A stretch of 64,000 nt of DNA. It comes from Verrucomicrobiota bacterium. GTDB lineage: Bacteria > Verrucomicrobiota > Verrucomicrobiia > Limisphaerales > Palsa-1400. Positions 40,092 through 49,444 of the stretch are shown piece after piece (within the stretch, counting starts at the first letter, position 1; each line of letters starts with the position of its first letter). Below the pieces are notes generated by a model. The model saw only the letters and a program-made list of their open reading frames with translations. It was not told where the DNA came from and made no database searches. The translations under genes were made by a program, and so were the position numbers. The DNA is taken from NCBI GenBank assembly GCA_049510745.1, contig JBEKYR010000022.1, positions 19,591 to 83,590 on the forward strand. The letters are read 5' to 3'.

Positions 40092-41954
40092 TCACCGCCC
40101 CAGCCAGTGCGGCAGGAAGGTGGTGAGCCAGGGCAAGTAGGTGATAAGCAGCACGCCGACGAGCAGCACGCATTGCATGGGAATGACGGCCCGCGAAACT
40201 TGCAGGACCGGTTTGCCGAAACGGTAGGAAGAGAGAAAGATGTTCATCCCGACGGTCGGGGTGAGCAGGCCCAGTTCCATGTTGGCCAGGAAAATGATGC
40301 CCAGGTGAACGGGATCGACGCCGTAAGGCATGGCGAGGGGCACGATCAGCGGCACGACCACGATGATGGCCGAATAAATGTCCATCACGCAGCCCATGGC
40401 CAGGAGGCAAAGGTTGAGGGCGAGGAGGAAGGCGTATTTAGACTTGACAACGGCCGTGACCCATTCCACGGCGCGGGCCGGGACCTGGGCGTCCACCAGG
40501 TAGTTGGTGAAGCCCAGTGCGACCCCCAGGATGAGCAGCACGCCGCCGACCAGCAGGCCGGCCTCCGCCATGACGCGCGGAATGTCGCCCGCCCGCTTGA
40601 AATCGCGATAGACAAACGTCTCCACCCCGAAGGCGTAAAGAGCCGTGACCGCCGCGGCCTCGACCGGCGTGGCCAATCCGCCGAACAACGCCGCCAGCGC
40701 CACGACCGGCAGCAGCAGCTCCCATTTTGCCGCCCAAATCGCGCGGCCCGCCTCCGCGCCGTCGAACTTCGCGGCCTCGGCCTGCTTTTTTGGGCCCAGC
40801 CAGATGCCCATCAATGAGGCCATCGTCACCAGCAGCAATCCCGGCCCCAGCCCGCCCAGGAACATCCTTTGAATCGTCACCCCGCCCGCGCCGGCGTTGG
40901 CGTTGGCCACGACCGCGTAAAGAATCAACGGGAGCGACGGCGGGAACAACAACCCCAGGCCGCCCGACCCCGTGACCAGCCCGAGGGCGGAGCGCTCCGT
41001 GTAACCCGCGCCCAGCAACACCGGCATGAGCAGCCCGCCCAAGGCGAGGATCGTCACGCCCGACGCTCCCGTGAACGAAGTGAAGAAGGCGCAGGCGATG
41101 ACGGCGACAATCGCCGGCCCGCCCCGGAGCTGGCCGAAAAGCGCGTGAAAGACCCGGATCAATCGTCTGGACGCTCCGCCTTCCGCCAGAAAATATCCGG
41201 CCAGGGTGAAGAGCGGCACCGTCGGCAGGGTCGGATTGGTGACCATCGAATAATGCGTCAGCGAAAGGGAGGCGATGGGCGTGCCGCCGCCCCAGAAGAG
41301 AATGAGCGCCGCCCCGCCCAGGAGCGCAAAGATCGGCGCCCCCAGGATGACCGCCGCCAGCAGCCCGATCAGGCCCGGCATGACCAGCCGTTCCGGGCCG
41401 ACAAAGGGATGAAGGCCGATCCCGGCAATGGCGGCTGTCAACAATAACGCGGCCAGCCGGCCGCCCCATTGGCCGGAGGCGTTCCAGAGCAACCGCAGCG
41501 CGATGACGGCGAAGCCGATGGGCATGATCAACTGCACCGTCCAGATCGGAATCTGATAAGCCATCAGGTTGCCGCCCTCCCTCTCCGAGGCCACCAGTTG
41601 GGAGGCGGCGACGCAGAGGAAGACGCTGATGGCCGCGGCGACGGCGCTGCTGTAAACGCGCGCAAAAATCTGCCAGCGCCCCTTGAGAAACTGGGAGAGC
41701 GTCGAAAGCGAGAGGAGGCGGCGGTCGCGGGCGGCCAGCATGCCGCCCAGCAGGCTGATGACCAGGGTGAGATGTTGCTGGATGGCCGTGGCCCCGCTGA
41801 TGCCGCTGTGGAACCATCGGCGCAGCACGATTTCCAGCAGCGGCAAGACCGCCAGCGCGGCCAGCGCGAGCGTGACGAGCGAGTCTTCGCCGACGCGCAG
41901 CCACCGGCGCCAGCCGAGCGGCGCCGGCGCAGGCGGATTGGGCGCGCCGCTCAT
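40092..41954 (-). CDS. dctM: TRAP transporter fused small/large permease (DctQ-DctM)
   Basis: TVPLFTLAG, SFTGASGVT, GLLFPPS, LTPTVGMNIF; start MSGAPN at 41954. Confidence 0.9.
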   Translation of the reverse strand: MSGAPNPPAPAPLGWRRWLRVGEDSLVTLALAALAVLPLLEIVLRRWFHSGISGATAIQQHLTLVISLLGGMLAARDRRLLSLSTLSQFLKGRWQIFARVYSSAVAAAISVFLCVAASQLVASEREGGNLMAYQIPIWTVQLIMPIGFAVIALRLLWNASGQWGGRLAALLLTAAIAGIGLHPFVGPERLVMPGLIGLLAAVILGAPIFALLGGAALILFWGGGTPIASLSLTHYSMVTNPTLPTVPLFTLAGYFLAEGGASRRLIRVFHALFGQLRGGPAIVAVIACAFFTSFTGASGVTILALGGLLMPVLLGAGYTERSALGLVTGSGGLGLLFPPSLPLILYAVVANANAGAGGVTIQRMFLGGLGPGLLLVTMASLMGIWLGPKKQAEAAKFDGAEAGRAIWAAKWELLLPVVALAALFGGLATPVEAAAVTALYAFGVETFVYRDFKRAGDIPRVMAEAGLLVGGVLLILGVALGFTNYLVDAQVPARAVEWVTAVVKSKYAFLLALNLCLLAMGCVMDIYSAIIVVVPLIVPLAMPYGVDPVHLGIIFLANMELGLLTPTVGMNIFLSSYRFGKPVLQVSRAVIPMQCVLLVGVLLITYLPWLTTFLPHWLGR

Positions 41955-43033
41955 TTCTTGGCCTGTCCGGCGCGAAAGAGGGCCAACTGGTTCGTCACCT
42001 CGTCGAAAATGTCCGCCGGCACAATGGGTCCGCGGATTTTGAGATAAACGGCCTCCATTTCGCGCCGCCATTGGGCCTCGGCCTGCGGTGTCAAGGGGTT
42101 GACGATCAAGCCGCGTTTGCGCATCGCATCGACCGACTCGACGCTCTCGCGGCGGCCCTCGGCCTTGATGTGGGCGCCGGCCTCGACGGCGGCCTGGCGC
42201 AAGGCATCGCGGGTTTCCGGGGCAATGGCATCCCAGGTTTTCTTGGTGATAACGAGCGCGCCGACCAGCGCCGTCCACGCCAGATCGAGCATGTTGGGCG
42301 CGGCCCGGTCCACCTGGCCGGCCAGGGCGTAGCTGGGCGGGAGGGGAACGGCGTTGATCAGGCCGGTCTGCAAATTGGGCAGAATGTCCACCGTTTCCAG
42401 CGGCACCGGGTTCAGACCCACCGAGCGGTAAAGGTCCACTTGGGCGGGGCTGCCGGCCCCCAGGAACAGCTTGGTCTTCCTCAAGTCGTCCGGCCCGATG
42501 ACCGGGTCTTTGGAAAAGAACCGCACCCAGCCGGTGTCGCTCCAGAACAAGGCGACAAACCCCTTGGCCTCCAGGCGCTGTTCCAGCATGGGCTGGAGTT
42601 TCTGCACGATGTAATCGACTTCCTCGAGGGTGCGGAAGGTCATCGGCATGAGTTGGAGGCCGCTCACGCCCGGCTCGATGTCCGCCAGTCCCGGGGCGGT
42701 GAGCAAGCCGGCCTGCAATTGGCCCAGCCTCATGCGTTGCACCATGTCCGACTCCCCGCCCATCGTCCCGTCCGGATAAATCGTCAGCAACACGCCGCCG
42801 TCGGAGGCCAAGCGCCACTTTTCACCCATGGCCGCCAGTTCCTTGTAGTAGGAAGAGCCTTTCGGGGCCAGCGTGCCCAGGCGCACTCTGATCGGCTTGG
42901 GCGCCGCCAAGGCCGCCTTGGCGCCGGCCAGCAATCCGAGTCCCACGGCCGCCGCCGCGGGAAGGAACCGGCGCCGCGACAATCGCCGTTGGCCGCCGCG
43001 AGATTGGGACGAGCGTTGGCTGATGGGCGTCAT
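41951..43033 (-). CDS. dctP: TRAP substrate-binding protein DctP with twin-arginine signal
   Basis: SRRRFL Tat motif, LGTLAPKGS, YPDGTMGGESDMV. Confidence 0.9.
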   Translation of the reverse strand: MTPISQRSSQSRGGQRRLSRRRFLPAAAAVGLGLLAGAKAALAAPKPIRVRLGTLAPKGSSYYKELAAMGEKWRLASDGGVLLTIYPDGTMGGESDMVQRMRLGQLQAGLLTAPGLADIEPGVSGLQLMPMTFRTLEEVDYIVQKLQPMLEQRLEAKGFVALFWSDTGWVRFFSKDPVIGPDDLRKTKLFLGAGSPAQVDLYRSVGLNPVPLETVDILPNLQTGLINAVPLPPSYALAGQVDRAAPNMLDLAWTALVGALVITKKTWDAIAPETRDALRQAAVEAGAHIKAEGRRESVESVDAMRKRGLIVNPLTPQAEAQWRREMEAVYLKIRGPIVPADIFDEVTNQLALFRAGQAKK

Positions 43034-43068
43034 TTGGTGAAATTGAGTATTGACTGGGTGAACATGAC

Positions 43069-44073
43069 TCATGGCGCAATTAAAAAAAGATCCGATTTCC
43101 GGGACAAAAGCCAGCGCGCCCGGCGCTGCATGACCAGGTTGAGCAGCCGGGTTTCAGGATGGGCGTCCGGGTTGATCGCCAGCGCCTGCTGGAGCAGGGA
43201 ATCGAATTCCTGGACATCCTGTTTTTGCACCGCCACCGATTCCGCCAGGGCCAGCAGCGGCGCGGCATCCGTGCCGCCCGACAGGGCCATCGCCCGCTCG
43301 AAGTGTGATCGCGCCCGCGCCGCGGGATCGCCCGCCGCCCCTTGGCGGCTCATTTCATAGGAGATCAAAAAGCCGTGGATGGCGCCGTGGTCGAAACTTT
43401 CGTCCAACTCCAGCGCCCGGTCAATCAGCGCCTCCATGGCGGGGACTTGGGCGACCAGGTGCGGATTGTCTTTGGAAAGTGAAATCGCCCCCGCCCACGC
43501 GCAGGCCGTCCAGTAGAGCAGCGGCACATCTTTTTTGGCGGCGCATTGCGCGGCGGCCCTGGGATGGGCCAGCAGCGCGTCCGAGAATCCCGGGTGGCCG
43601 ACTTCCAGCCCGCGCAGGCCGTAACGTTGCGCCCGCAGGTAGAGCCGCCTGGCCCGCGTCCGCAGCGCCTCGGCCGCAGCCAGATCGCGCGCCTCCGTTT
43701 CGTCGGCCTCCTCCTGCACAAAGGCGAAGGCGTACTGGGTGAAGCCGCTGGCGGCGGCCAGGAGCAGCCCGCGATGCCGGGGATTGTCGTTGAGCAGACT
43801 CTCGATGAGCTTGAGACTGAAGGGCGACGCCGCGCACACCAGGTCCGGATCGTCGTCGCTGGCGAAGACAGCCCCGCTCTGGCTGACGGCGTCGGAAAAC
43901 TGATTGACGGCGAAACGGTGAATGGAGCACCCGCTGCCTGCGATCCACGCCAGCACGCCCAGGCAGGGCAGCATCCACCCCGGCAACAACCGGCGCGCGC
44001 TGCATTGCTTCCGTCTGGCGCTCAAGCGGCGGCGCCAGCGCTCGGTTTTCGGTTCATCGGTCTCCGCGAACAT
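43069..44073 (-). CDS. tatT: TRAP-associated TatT-family TPR lipoprotein
   Basis: Lipobox-like GSGC, DDDPDLV..ASPFSLKLIESLL, TQYAFAFV, RARRLYLRA, TPR-like helices; start 44073 or 43974. Confidence 0.82.
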   Translation of the reverse strand: MFAETDEPKTERWRRRLSARRKQCSARRLLPGWMLPCLGVLAWIAGSGCSIHRFAVNQFSDAVSQSGAVFASDDDPDLVCAASPFSLKLIESLLNDNPRHRGLLLAAASGFTQYAFAFVQEEADETEARDLAAAEALRTRARRLYLRAQRYGLRGLEVGHPGFSDALLAHPRAAAQCAAKKDVPLLYWTACAWAGAISLSKDNPHLVAQVPAMEALIDRALELDESFDHGAIHGFLISYEMSRQGAAGDPAARARSHFERAMALSGGTDAAPLLALAESVAVQKQDVQEFDSLLQQALAINPDAHPETRLLNLVMQRRARWLLSRKSDLFLIAP

Positions 44074-44245
44074 TGTCGAGAGGCTACCACGACATTGCGT
44101 TCGCCAAAATGAAAAACGTTCCCGCCCGGAAAACGCGCGCACCTCAGTTTTTGGCAGGGATCGGACATGGTCGGAGGAGGTCCAAAAACCGAGACACGCG
44201 TCGGCCCGCCCGGATTCCATATTTTTCTCGACAGAAGGGAGATTT

Positions 44246-44294
44246 GAATTTAGACTCCCCGCATTCCAGCTTTCAATGCGGGGAGTCTCAATTC
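44246..44294. repeat. Intergenic hairpin AGACTCCCCGCATT-N9-AATGCGGGGAGTCT
   Basis: Perfect 14-bp arms (44252-44265, 44275-44288), extendable by GAATT/AATTC. Confidence 0.85.
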
Positions 44295-44360
44295 TGAATT
44301 CGCCTAAATTCATGGCGATGCCCTCACTCTGTTCACCCAATGGCGCCTGTCGCCGCGCCC

Positions 44361-44387
44361 TGATTTCCGCCGGTGAGATGCCGGCGG
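44361..44387 (+). repeat. REP-like sequence, partial copy of the element at 63744-63796
   Basis: TGATTTCCGCCGGTGAGATGCCGGCGG; 25/27 identical to the reverse complement of 63770-63796. Confidence 0.75.
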
Positions 44388-44547
44388 GCGGGACCGATCC
44401 CGCCTGCGCGCTGCGGCGGCCTCCCGGCCTGGGGATAGTCCAAAAACTGAGATGCGCCCCCGAAAAACCCGGCGCTCGCGCGTTGACAGCGGGGGTGTTG
44501 GCCGCCGATAGTGAATCGATGGCCGGGAAACCCCCGTGCCTGGAACC

Positions 44548-45414
44548 ATGCTCTTGCGCGCGCGCCAATTTGAATTTGCCTTTCCCCGCCCGGCCCTTCT
44601 CATGGGCATCGTCAACGCCACGCCGGATTCCTTCTATGACGGCGGACGGTTCGCCCGCACCGAGGCGGCGGTGGCGCACGCGCTGCAACTGGCCGCCGAG
44701 GGCGCCGATATAATTGACATCGGCGGCGAATCGTCGCGGCCCAAGGCCGAACCCGTCAGCGAAGCGGAGGAGTTGCGCCGGGTCATTCCGGTGTTGGAGG
44801 GCCTGGCCGGCGCGGTTTCGGTTCCGCTTTCCATCGACACCGTCAAGCCGGCAGTGGCGCGCGCGGCGCTGCGCGCCGGAGCGTCGATCATCAACGACAT
44901 CGCGGCCAATCGCGAGGGGGATGAAATGTGGCGGCTGGCGGCCGAGAGCGGGGCCGCATACGTGGCCGTCCACATGCAAGGCTCGCCGGCGACGATGCAG
45001 GACAATCCGCGCTATGACGATGTGGTTTTGGAGGTGGACCGGTTTTTTGAAGATCGTTTGAAACGTTTGCGGGACTGCGGTGTCAATGCAGAGCAGGTGG
45101 TGCTGGATGTGGGGCTTGGATTTGGCAAACGGCCCGGGGAAAATTTGCGGTTGCTTGCGGAATTGGGCCGCTTTACAAAATGGGGGCGCCCGCTTTTGCT
45201 CGGAGCTTCGCGCAAATCCTTTATGGGAGCGGTGGTGGGCGCCGGGCTTGAGGAGCGCCTCCCGCCGTCGCTGGCCTGCGCGTGTTGGGCAGTGGAGAAC
45301 GGAGGGCGGATCATTCGCTGTCATGATGTGGCGGCCACGCGGCAGGCCGTGCGCATGACAGAAGCCCTGATGCAACAACAAACGAATGCCGAACATTCTA
45401 CATTACGTCGATAA
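44548..45414 (+). CDS. folP: Dihydropteroate synthase
   Basis: MGIVNATPDSFYDGG, IDIGGESSRP, SIDT, GASRKSF, IRCHDV. Confidence 0.96.
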   Translation: MLLRARQFEFAFPRPALLMGIVNATPDSFYDGGRFARTEAAVAHALQLAAEGADIIDIGGESSRPKAEPVSEAEELRRVIPVLEGLAGAVSVPLSIDTVKPAVARAALRAGASIINDIAANREGDEMWRLAAESGAAYVAVHMQGSPATMQDNPRYDDVVLEVDRFFEDRLKRLRDCGVNAEQVVLDVGLGFGKRPGENLRLLAELGRFTKWGRPLLLGASRKSFMGAVVGAGLEERLPPSLACACWAVENGGRIIRCHDVAATRQAVRMTEALMQQQTNAEHSTLRR

Positions 45415-46234
45415 GGGATGGCGTCCCGGCCTGGAGATCGCCATTCTTTCGGTGGGCATTTACTACAGCTTCAACTTCGTGCGCGGCACGCGGGGAGCGC
45501 CGGTGGTTTATGGGTTCCTCCTGCTGGTGTTTGGCCTGACGGTGCTGTCGGTGCTGCTGCAGTTGGAGGTGCTCAGTTGGTTGCTGCGCTCGTTTGTGGC
45601 TTTTGCCGCCGTCTCGGTCCTGATCATCTTTCAACCGGAATTGCGGCGCATCCTGGCGGAACTGGGCGCGCATCCGATTTTCGCCACCAGCCACGAGCAG
45701 CGGGAGAACATCGAGGTCATCATCCAGGCGGTCGAACGCCTTTCGGAGGTGCGGATCGGCGCGCTCATCGCCCTGGAACAAACCATCAGTTTGCAGGAAG
45801 CGACCGAATCGGGCCTGCTGGTGGATTGCGAGGCGACGCCGGAAATGCTGGAGACGATCTTCTTTCCCAACAACGCCATCCACGACGGGGGAGTCATCAT
45901 CAAGGGTGATCGCATCACTTATGCGGCCTGCATTTTCCCGCTGACCCAGCGCCAGGACCTGGCCGCCTCGCTCGGCACGCGCCATCGGGCGGCCATTGGG
46001 TTGTCGGAGGAGACCGACGCGGTGGTGGTGGTGGTCTCGGAGGAGACGGGCGCCATATCCCACGCCTACAAAGGGCAGTTGGTGAGGGGAGTCAGCGCCG
46101 AGCAATTGCGGGCCTTTTTGACCTCGGTCTTGGTCAATCCGGACAAGCCCAATCGCCTGCTGCGCCTGTTGCGCCCGGCCGCCGAGCGGCCCAAAAGCGG
46201 ACCGGCCCTGGCCAATTCGGAGTCTAAAAGCTGA
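45386..46234 (+). CDS. cdaA: Diadenylate cyclase CdaA/DacA
   Basis: 3 N-terminal TM, FQPELRR, IHDGGVII, GTRHRAAIG, VSEETG. Confidence 0.95.
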   Translation: MPNILHYVDKGWRPGLEIAILSVGIYYSFNFVRGTRGAPVVYGFLLLVFGLTVLSVLLQLEVLSWLLRSFVAFAAVSVLIIFQPELRRILAELGAHPIFATSHEQRENIEVIIQAVERLSEVRIGALIALEQTISLQEATESGLLVDCEATPEMLETIFFPNNAIHDGGVIIKGDRITYAACIFPLTQRQDLAASLGTRHRAAIGLSEETDAVVVVVSEETGAISHAYKGQLVRGVSAEQLRAFLTSVLVNPDKPNRLLRLLRPAAERPKSGPALANSESKS

Positions 46235-46647
46235 TGTCGTTGCGCAGCCTCATCTTCCACAATTTCTGGCTCAAGACGTTCTCCGTCGTGCTGGCGACGG
46301 TCATCTGGTTCTTCATTCACGACGGCATCCGCCATGACAACGTGCCGACCCAACTGAGCATCAATCATCTGCTGGCCCAGGAGTATATTCGCGTGCCCGT
46401 GACGGTGCAGACCAACATCGGGGAGACGCGGGTTTTTCGAGTGACACCCAGCGAAGTGGTGGTCACTGCCGTCGGTGAACAGACGGCCCTGCTGGGCACC
46501 AAGCAGGACATCAAGGCCTATTTGAACCTGAGAGACTTCCATTCCAAGGAACCGGTCACCGAAGAATTGCGGGTGGACGCGCCGACCAACATCAACGTGC
46601 TGGAAATCAACCCCCCGGTGGTGACCGTGCAGCAAGTTTCGCCGTGA
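46234..46647 (+). CDS. CdaR/YbbR-like protein (single domain)
   Basis: NFWLKTFSVVLATVIW N-terminus; coupled to cdaA. Confidence 0.75.
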   Translation: MSLRSLIFHNFWLKTFSVVLATVIWFFIHDGIRHDNVPTQLSINHLLAQEYIRVPVTVQTNIGETRVFRVTPSEVVVTAVGEQTALLGTKQDIKAYLNLRDFHSKEPVTEELRVDAPTNINVLEINPPVVTVQQVSP

Positions 46648-46732
46648 GTTGGTTTGACCGATCCTTTGAATCACACGGACGCGCGGCAGAACAGAGGCTT
46701 GTCAACGGAGATCGGCGCGATATGATGAGGGC

Positions 46733-47356
46733 ATGAAGAGGAACTCAGTGTGGCCGCCGCTGTTGATGGTGGTGGTGTTCTGGTTGAGCCGGTGGCCCGG
46801 ACTGTTGCCGCAAAACTTCAGCGCGGCCTACGCGCTGGTCTTCTGCGCGGGCCTTTATGTGCCGGGCGCGTTGGGCTGGATCGCGCCGCTGGCGGTGGTG
46901 GCGGTGAGCGATTGCCTGATCACCCCGGTTTTCTATCACAGCCACGACTTTTCCTGGACGCGGCTTTTGGTCGAGCTGGCGCCCAATTATCTGGCCTACG
47001 CCGGATTGATCGCCCTGGGGCGGTCGGTGGGAGGACGAAGGCCGTGGTGGCTGCTGGTGGGCGGGGGCTTGGTGGGCGCGATGCTCTTTTATCTGGTGAC
47101 CAACACGGCGTCCTGGCTGGCGTCGGCCTACTACGCCAAGACCCTGGCGGGATGGATTCAAGCCTTGACCTGGGGAACGCCCGGGCATCCGCCAACGTGG
47201 GAGTTCTTCCGCAATACCCTGACCAGCGGCGGACTGTTCACCGGCTTGTTTGTGGGCGCGATGAAAATGAGCGAGGATTCCGAGGCGCGGGAAAAGGACG
47301 AAGAAGCGCCGGACGAAAAAGAAGAGGAAGGCGAGCCGGCGAAAGCCGACACGTGA
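46733..47356 (+). CDS. DUF6580/BtuM-like putative membrane transport protein
   Basis: SR..LPQNFS, FYLVTN, FFRNT motifs; ~6 TM; acidic tail. Confidence 0.65.
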   Translation: MKRNSVWPPLLMVVVFWLSRWPGLLPQNFSAAYALVFCAGLYVPGALGWIAPLAVVAVSDCLITPVFYHSHDFSWTRLLVELAPNYLAYAGLIALGRSVGGRRPWWLLVGGGLVGAMLFYLVTNTASWLASAYYAKTLAGWIQALTWGTPGHPPTWEFFRNTLTSGGLFTGLFVGAMKMSEDSEAREKDEEAPDEKEEEGEPAKADT

Positions 47357-47625
47357 GAGCCGGGGAGCGGTTCGGGCGGGGAAATTTTCCCTTGAGAGTT
47401 GTTCTTGCATTCCTCGAAGCGATTTGACTATAACTGTGCCGGTTAAGCCATGCCGTTGCCTATTTTACATCGATTTGCCAAAATAGGGGGCCATTCGCCG
47501 CAACGAATGGGGCGGGCGGCGTTCGCCACGCGAGCCGCGGCGCCGGGACAGATTGGCCGTTTGACGGCATCTCTCCGGCTGTCTTGTCCACCGCACCGCC
47601 CGATGGCAATGCGTATTCAATCCTT

Positions 47626-48303
47626 ATGCCCATAAGAATAAACCTGTTGGCCGAGGCGCAAGCGGCGGAGGAGTTGCGGCGAAAGGACCCGGTCAAGCGC
47701 GCCATTTGGATTGCCGGCTTCTTCGTGTGTGTCGTCCTGCTCTGGATGCTGAAGCTCCAACTGGACATCTATTTCACCCAAAATGATTTCACCAGCATTG
47801 ACAAGCGAGCCACGGAGATCAACGCCAAGTACGCGGCGGTGACCAACAACCTGATCAGAACCGCGCAGGTGGACCAGAAGCTCGCCGCGCTGGACCGGCT
47901 GACCACCAACCGCTTCCTCTGGGCGCCGCTCCTGAACGCCTTCCAGAAGAGCATGGTGGAGGGCATCCAGATTACCCGTTTGAGCGGCGACCAGAGATAC
48001 ACCAAGGAAGATCCGCGCACCATCGGCAGCGGTTCGAGCAGAATGACCATCCCCGGCGGCGTGGTGGAAAAGATCAGCCTGCACATCGAGGCCAGGGATA
48101 TGAATCCCAATGAACAGGGCTACACCAAATACAAGGAGAACCTTGGCAGTTGCGACTATTTTCTCAAACGCCTCAAACGCCGCGACGGCTTTGTTTTGGA
48201 CGGCACTTTAAGCCCGCCGTCCGCCGACCCATCGGACCCGTCCAGGCAATTTGTCACGTTTGCGCTGGTTTCGCATTTCCCGGAGGTGCGCCGCGGTGAA
48301 TAA
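47626..48303 (+). CDS. PilN-like inner-membrane protein
   Basis: RINLL motif, single TM, coiled coil, W..LL ferredoxin-like periplasmic region. Confidence 0.75.
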   Translation: MPIRINLLAEAQAAEELRRKDPVKRAIWIAGFFVCVVLLWMLKLQLDIYFTQNDFTSIDKRATEINAKYAAVTNNLIRTAQVDQKLAALDRLTTNRFLWAPLLNAFQKSMVEGIQITRLSGDQRYTKEDPRTIGSGSSRMTIPGGVVEKISLHIEARDMNPNEQGYTKYKENLGSCDYFLKRLKRRDGFVLDGTLSPPSADPSDPSRQFVTFALVSHFPEVRRGE

Positions 48304-48880
48304 GCTGAGCAAAACCCAGCGGGATCGGATTCTGGGCATCCTGATCGGGACTCCTGTCCTGATGGCGTTGCTCTGGTATTTCGCCGTGCAGGCGGAACAG
48401 GCCCAGCTCCATGGCCTGCAAAAGAAGGTGGCGGACAAGAAAGATCAACTGATGAAGGCCGAGACGGTGATGCGCAAGGGAGAGGAAATCTCCGACAAAC
48501 TGCAGGCCCACAACGACCTGCTGGCGAAGCGCGAGGCCACCCTGGCCCCTGATCGGGACGCCTACGCCTGGATCATCAGCACGATCAATCCGTTTATCCT
48601 CTCGCGCAAAGGGGTCAGCATTTACGCTTACAGCCAGCCGGAGATCAGCGACCTGGGCATCCTTCCGGCTTTCCCCTACCGCTGGGCCACCTTTCATCTT
48701 AAAGGAACCGGCTATTACCATGAGTTTGGCGCCTTTTTTGCGGACCTTGAAAACACCTTTCCTTACTTTCGCGTCCAGAACGTGGACGTGGCCGCCAATA
48801 CCGGCCCCGGCGTCGAGCCGGAAAAGCTCAACTTCAACTTTGATTTGGTGACGCCGGTGGTCGCGAGCGACACAAAATGA
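48296..48880 (+). CDS. PilO-like inner-membrane protein
   Basis: TM + coiled coil + GYYHEFGAFFADLEN (PilO G.Y..F..F motif). Confidence 0.8.
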   Translation: MNKLSKTQRDRILGILIGTPVLMALLWYFAVQAEQAQLHGLQKKVADKKDQLMKAETVMRKGEEISDKLQAHNDLLAKREATLAPDRDAYAWIISTINPFILSRKGVSIYAYSQPEISDLGILPAFPYRWATFHLKGTGYYHEFGAFFADLENTFPYFRVQNVDVAANTGPGVEPEKLNFNFDLVTPVVASDTK

Positions 48881-49386
48881 GAATTGCCTCCACCATATCG
48901 CAGTGCGCGCGCGTTCTGGCCGCGATGGGGCTTGGGCTTTGCTGTCTGGTTGGATGCAAAAAGCCGCCCGCGCCGGCCGCCGTGGCCAAGGCCGCCGTCA
49001 GCGCCGCCAAAACCAACGCGGTTGTTGCCGCCACAAACGAGACGGCCTCGGAGTATGTTTCGGTTTTTGAGGACCTGCTTCCGCCCAAGGGCAGGGACCC
49101 GTTTTTCCCCAATTCCCATCGCCGGGAGCCGGCGCCGCCGCCCAACTATCACGCGGCCAAGGCGCCGGTCGCCGCGCTGCTTGTGCTCAAGGGCATTGTC
49201 GGCTCCGCCAACCGCCGTCTGGCCGTGATCAACAACGCCACGCTGGAGACGGGCGAAGAATCCTCCGTGCGCGTGCCCGACGGACACGTGCGGGTGAGGT
49301 GCCTGGAAATCGGGGAGGACTATGTTTTGATCAAAGTGGAAGGGGAAGGTCAACCGAAACGATTGGAATTGGGGAAAAAGGAATAA
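48877..49386 (+). CDS. PilP-like lipoprotein
   Basis: LVGC lipobox, GRDPFFP, LKGIVG..RLAVINN. Confidence 0.75.
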   Translation: MRIASTISQCARVLAAMGLGLCCLVGCKKPPAPAAVAKAAVSAAKTNAVVAATNETASEYVSVFEDLLPPKGRDPFFPNSHRREPAPPPNYHAAKAPVAALLVLKGIVGSANRRLAVINNATLETGEESSVRVPDGHVRVRCLEIGEDYVLIKVEGEGQPKRLELGKKE

Positions 49387-49444
49387 CGGACGCGCGTCTG
49401 AACCGACGCGGCTCATCAAACTATTGAAATTGCTTGAAGCTATT

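Noticed and set aside
46648..46732. Cobalamin riboswitch upstream of the BtuM-like gene
   Set aside because: Intergenic gap is only ~85 bp and lacks B12-box motifs
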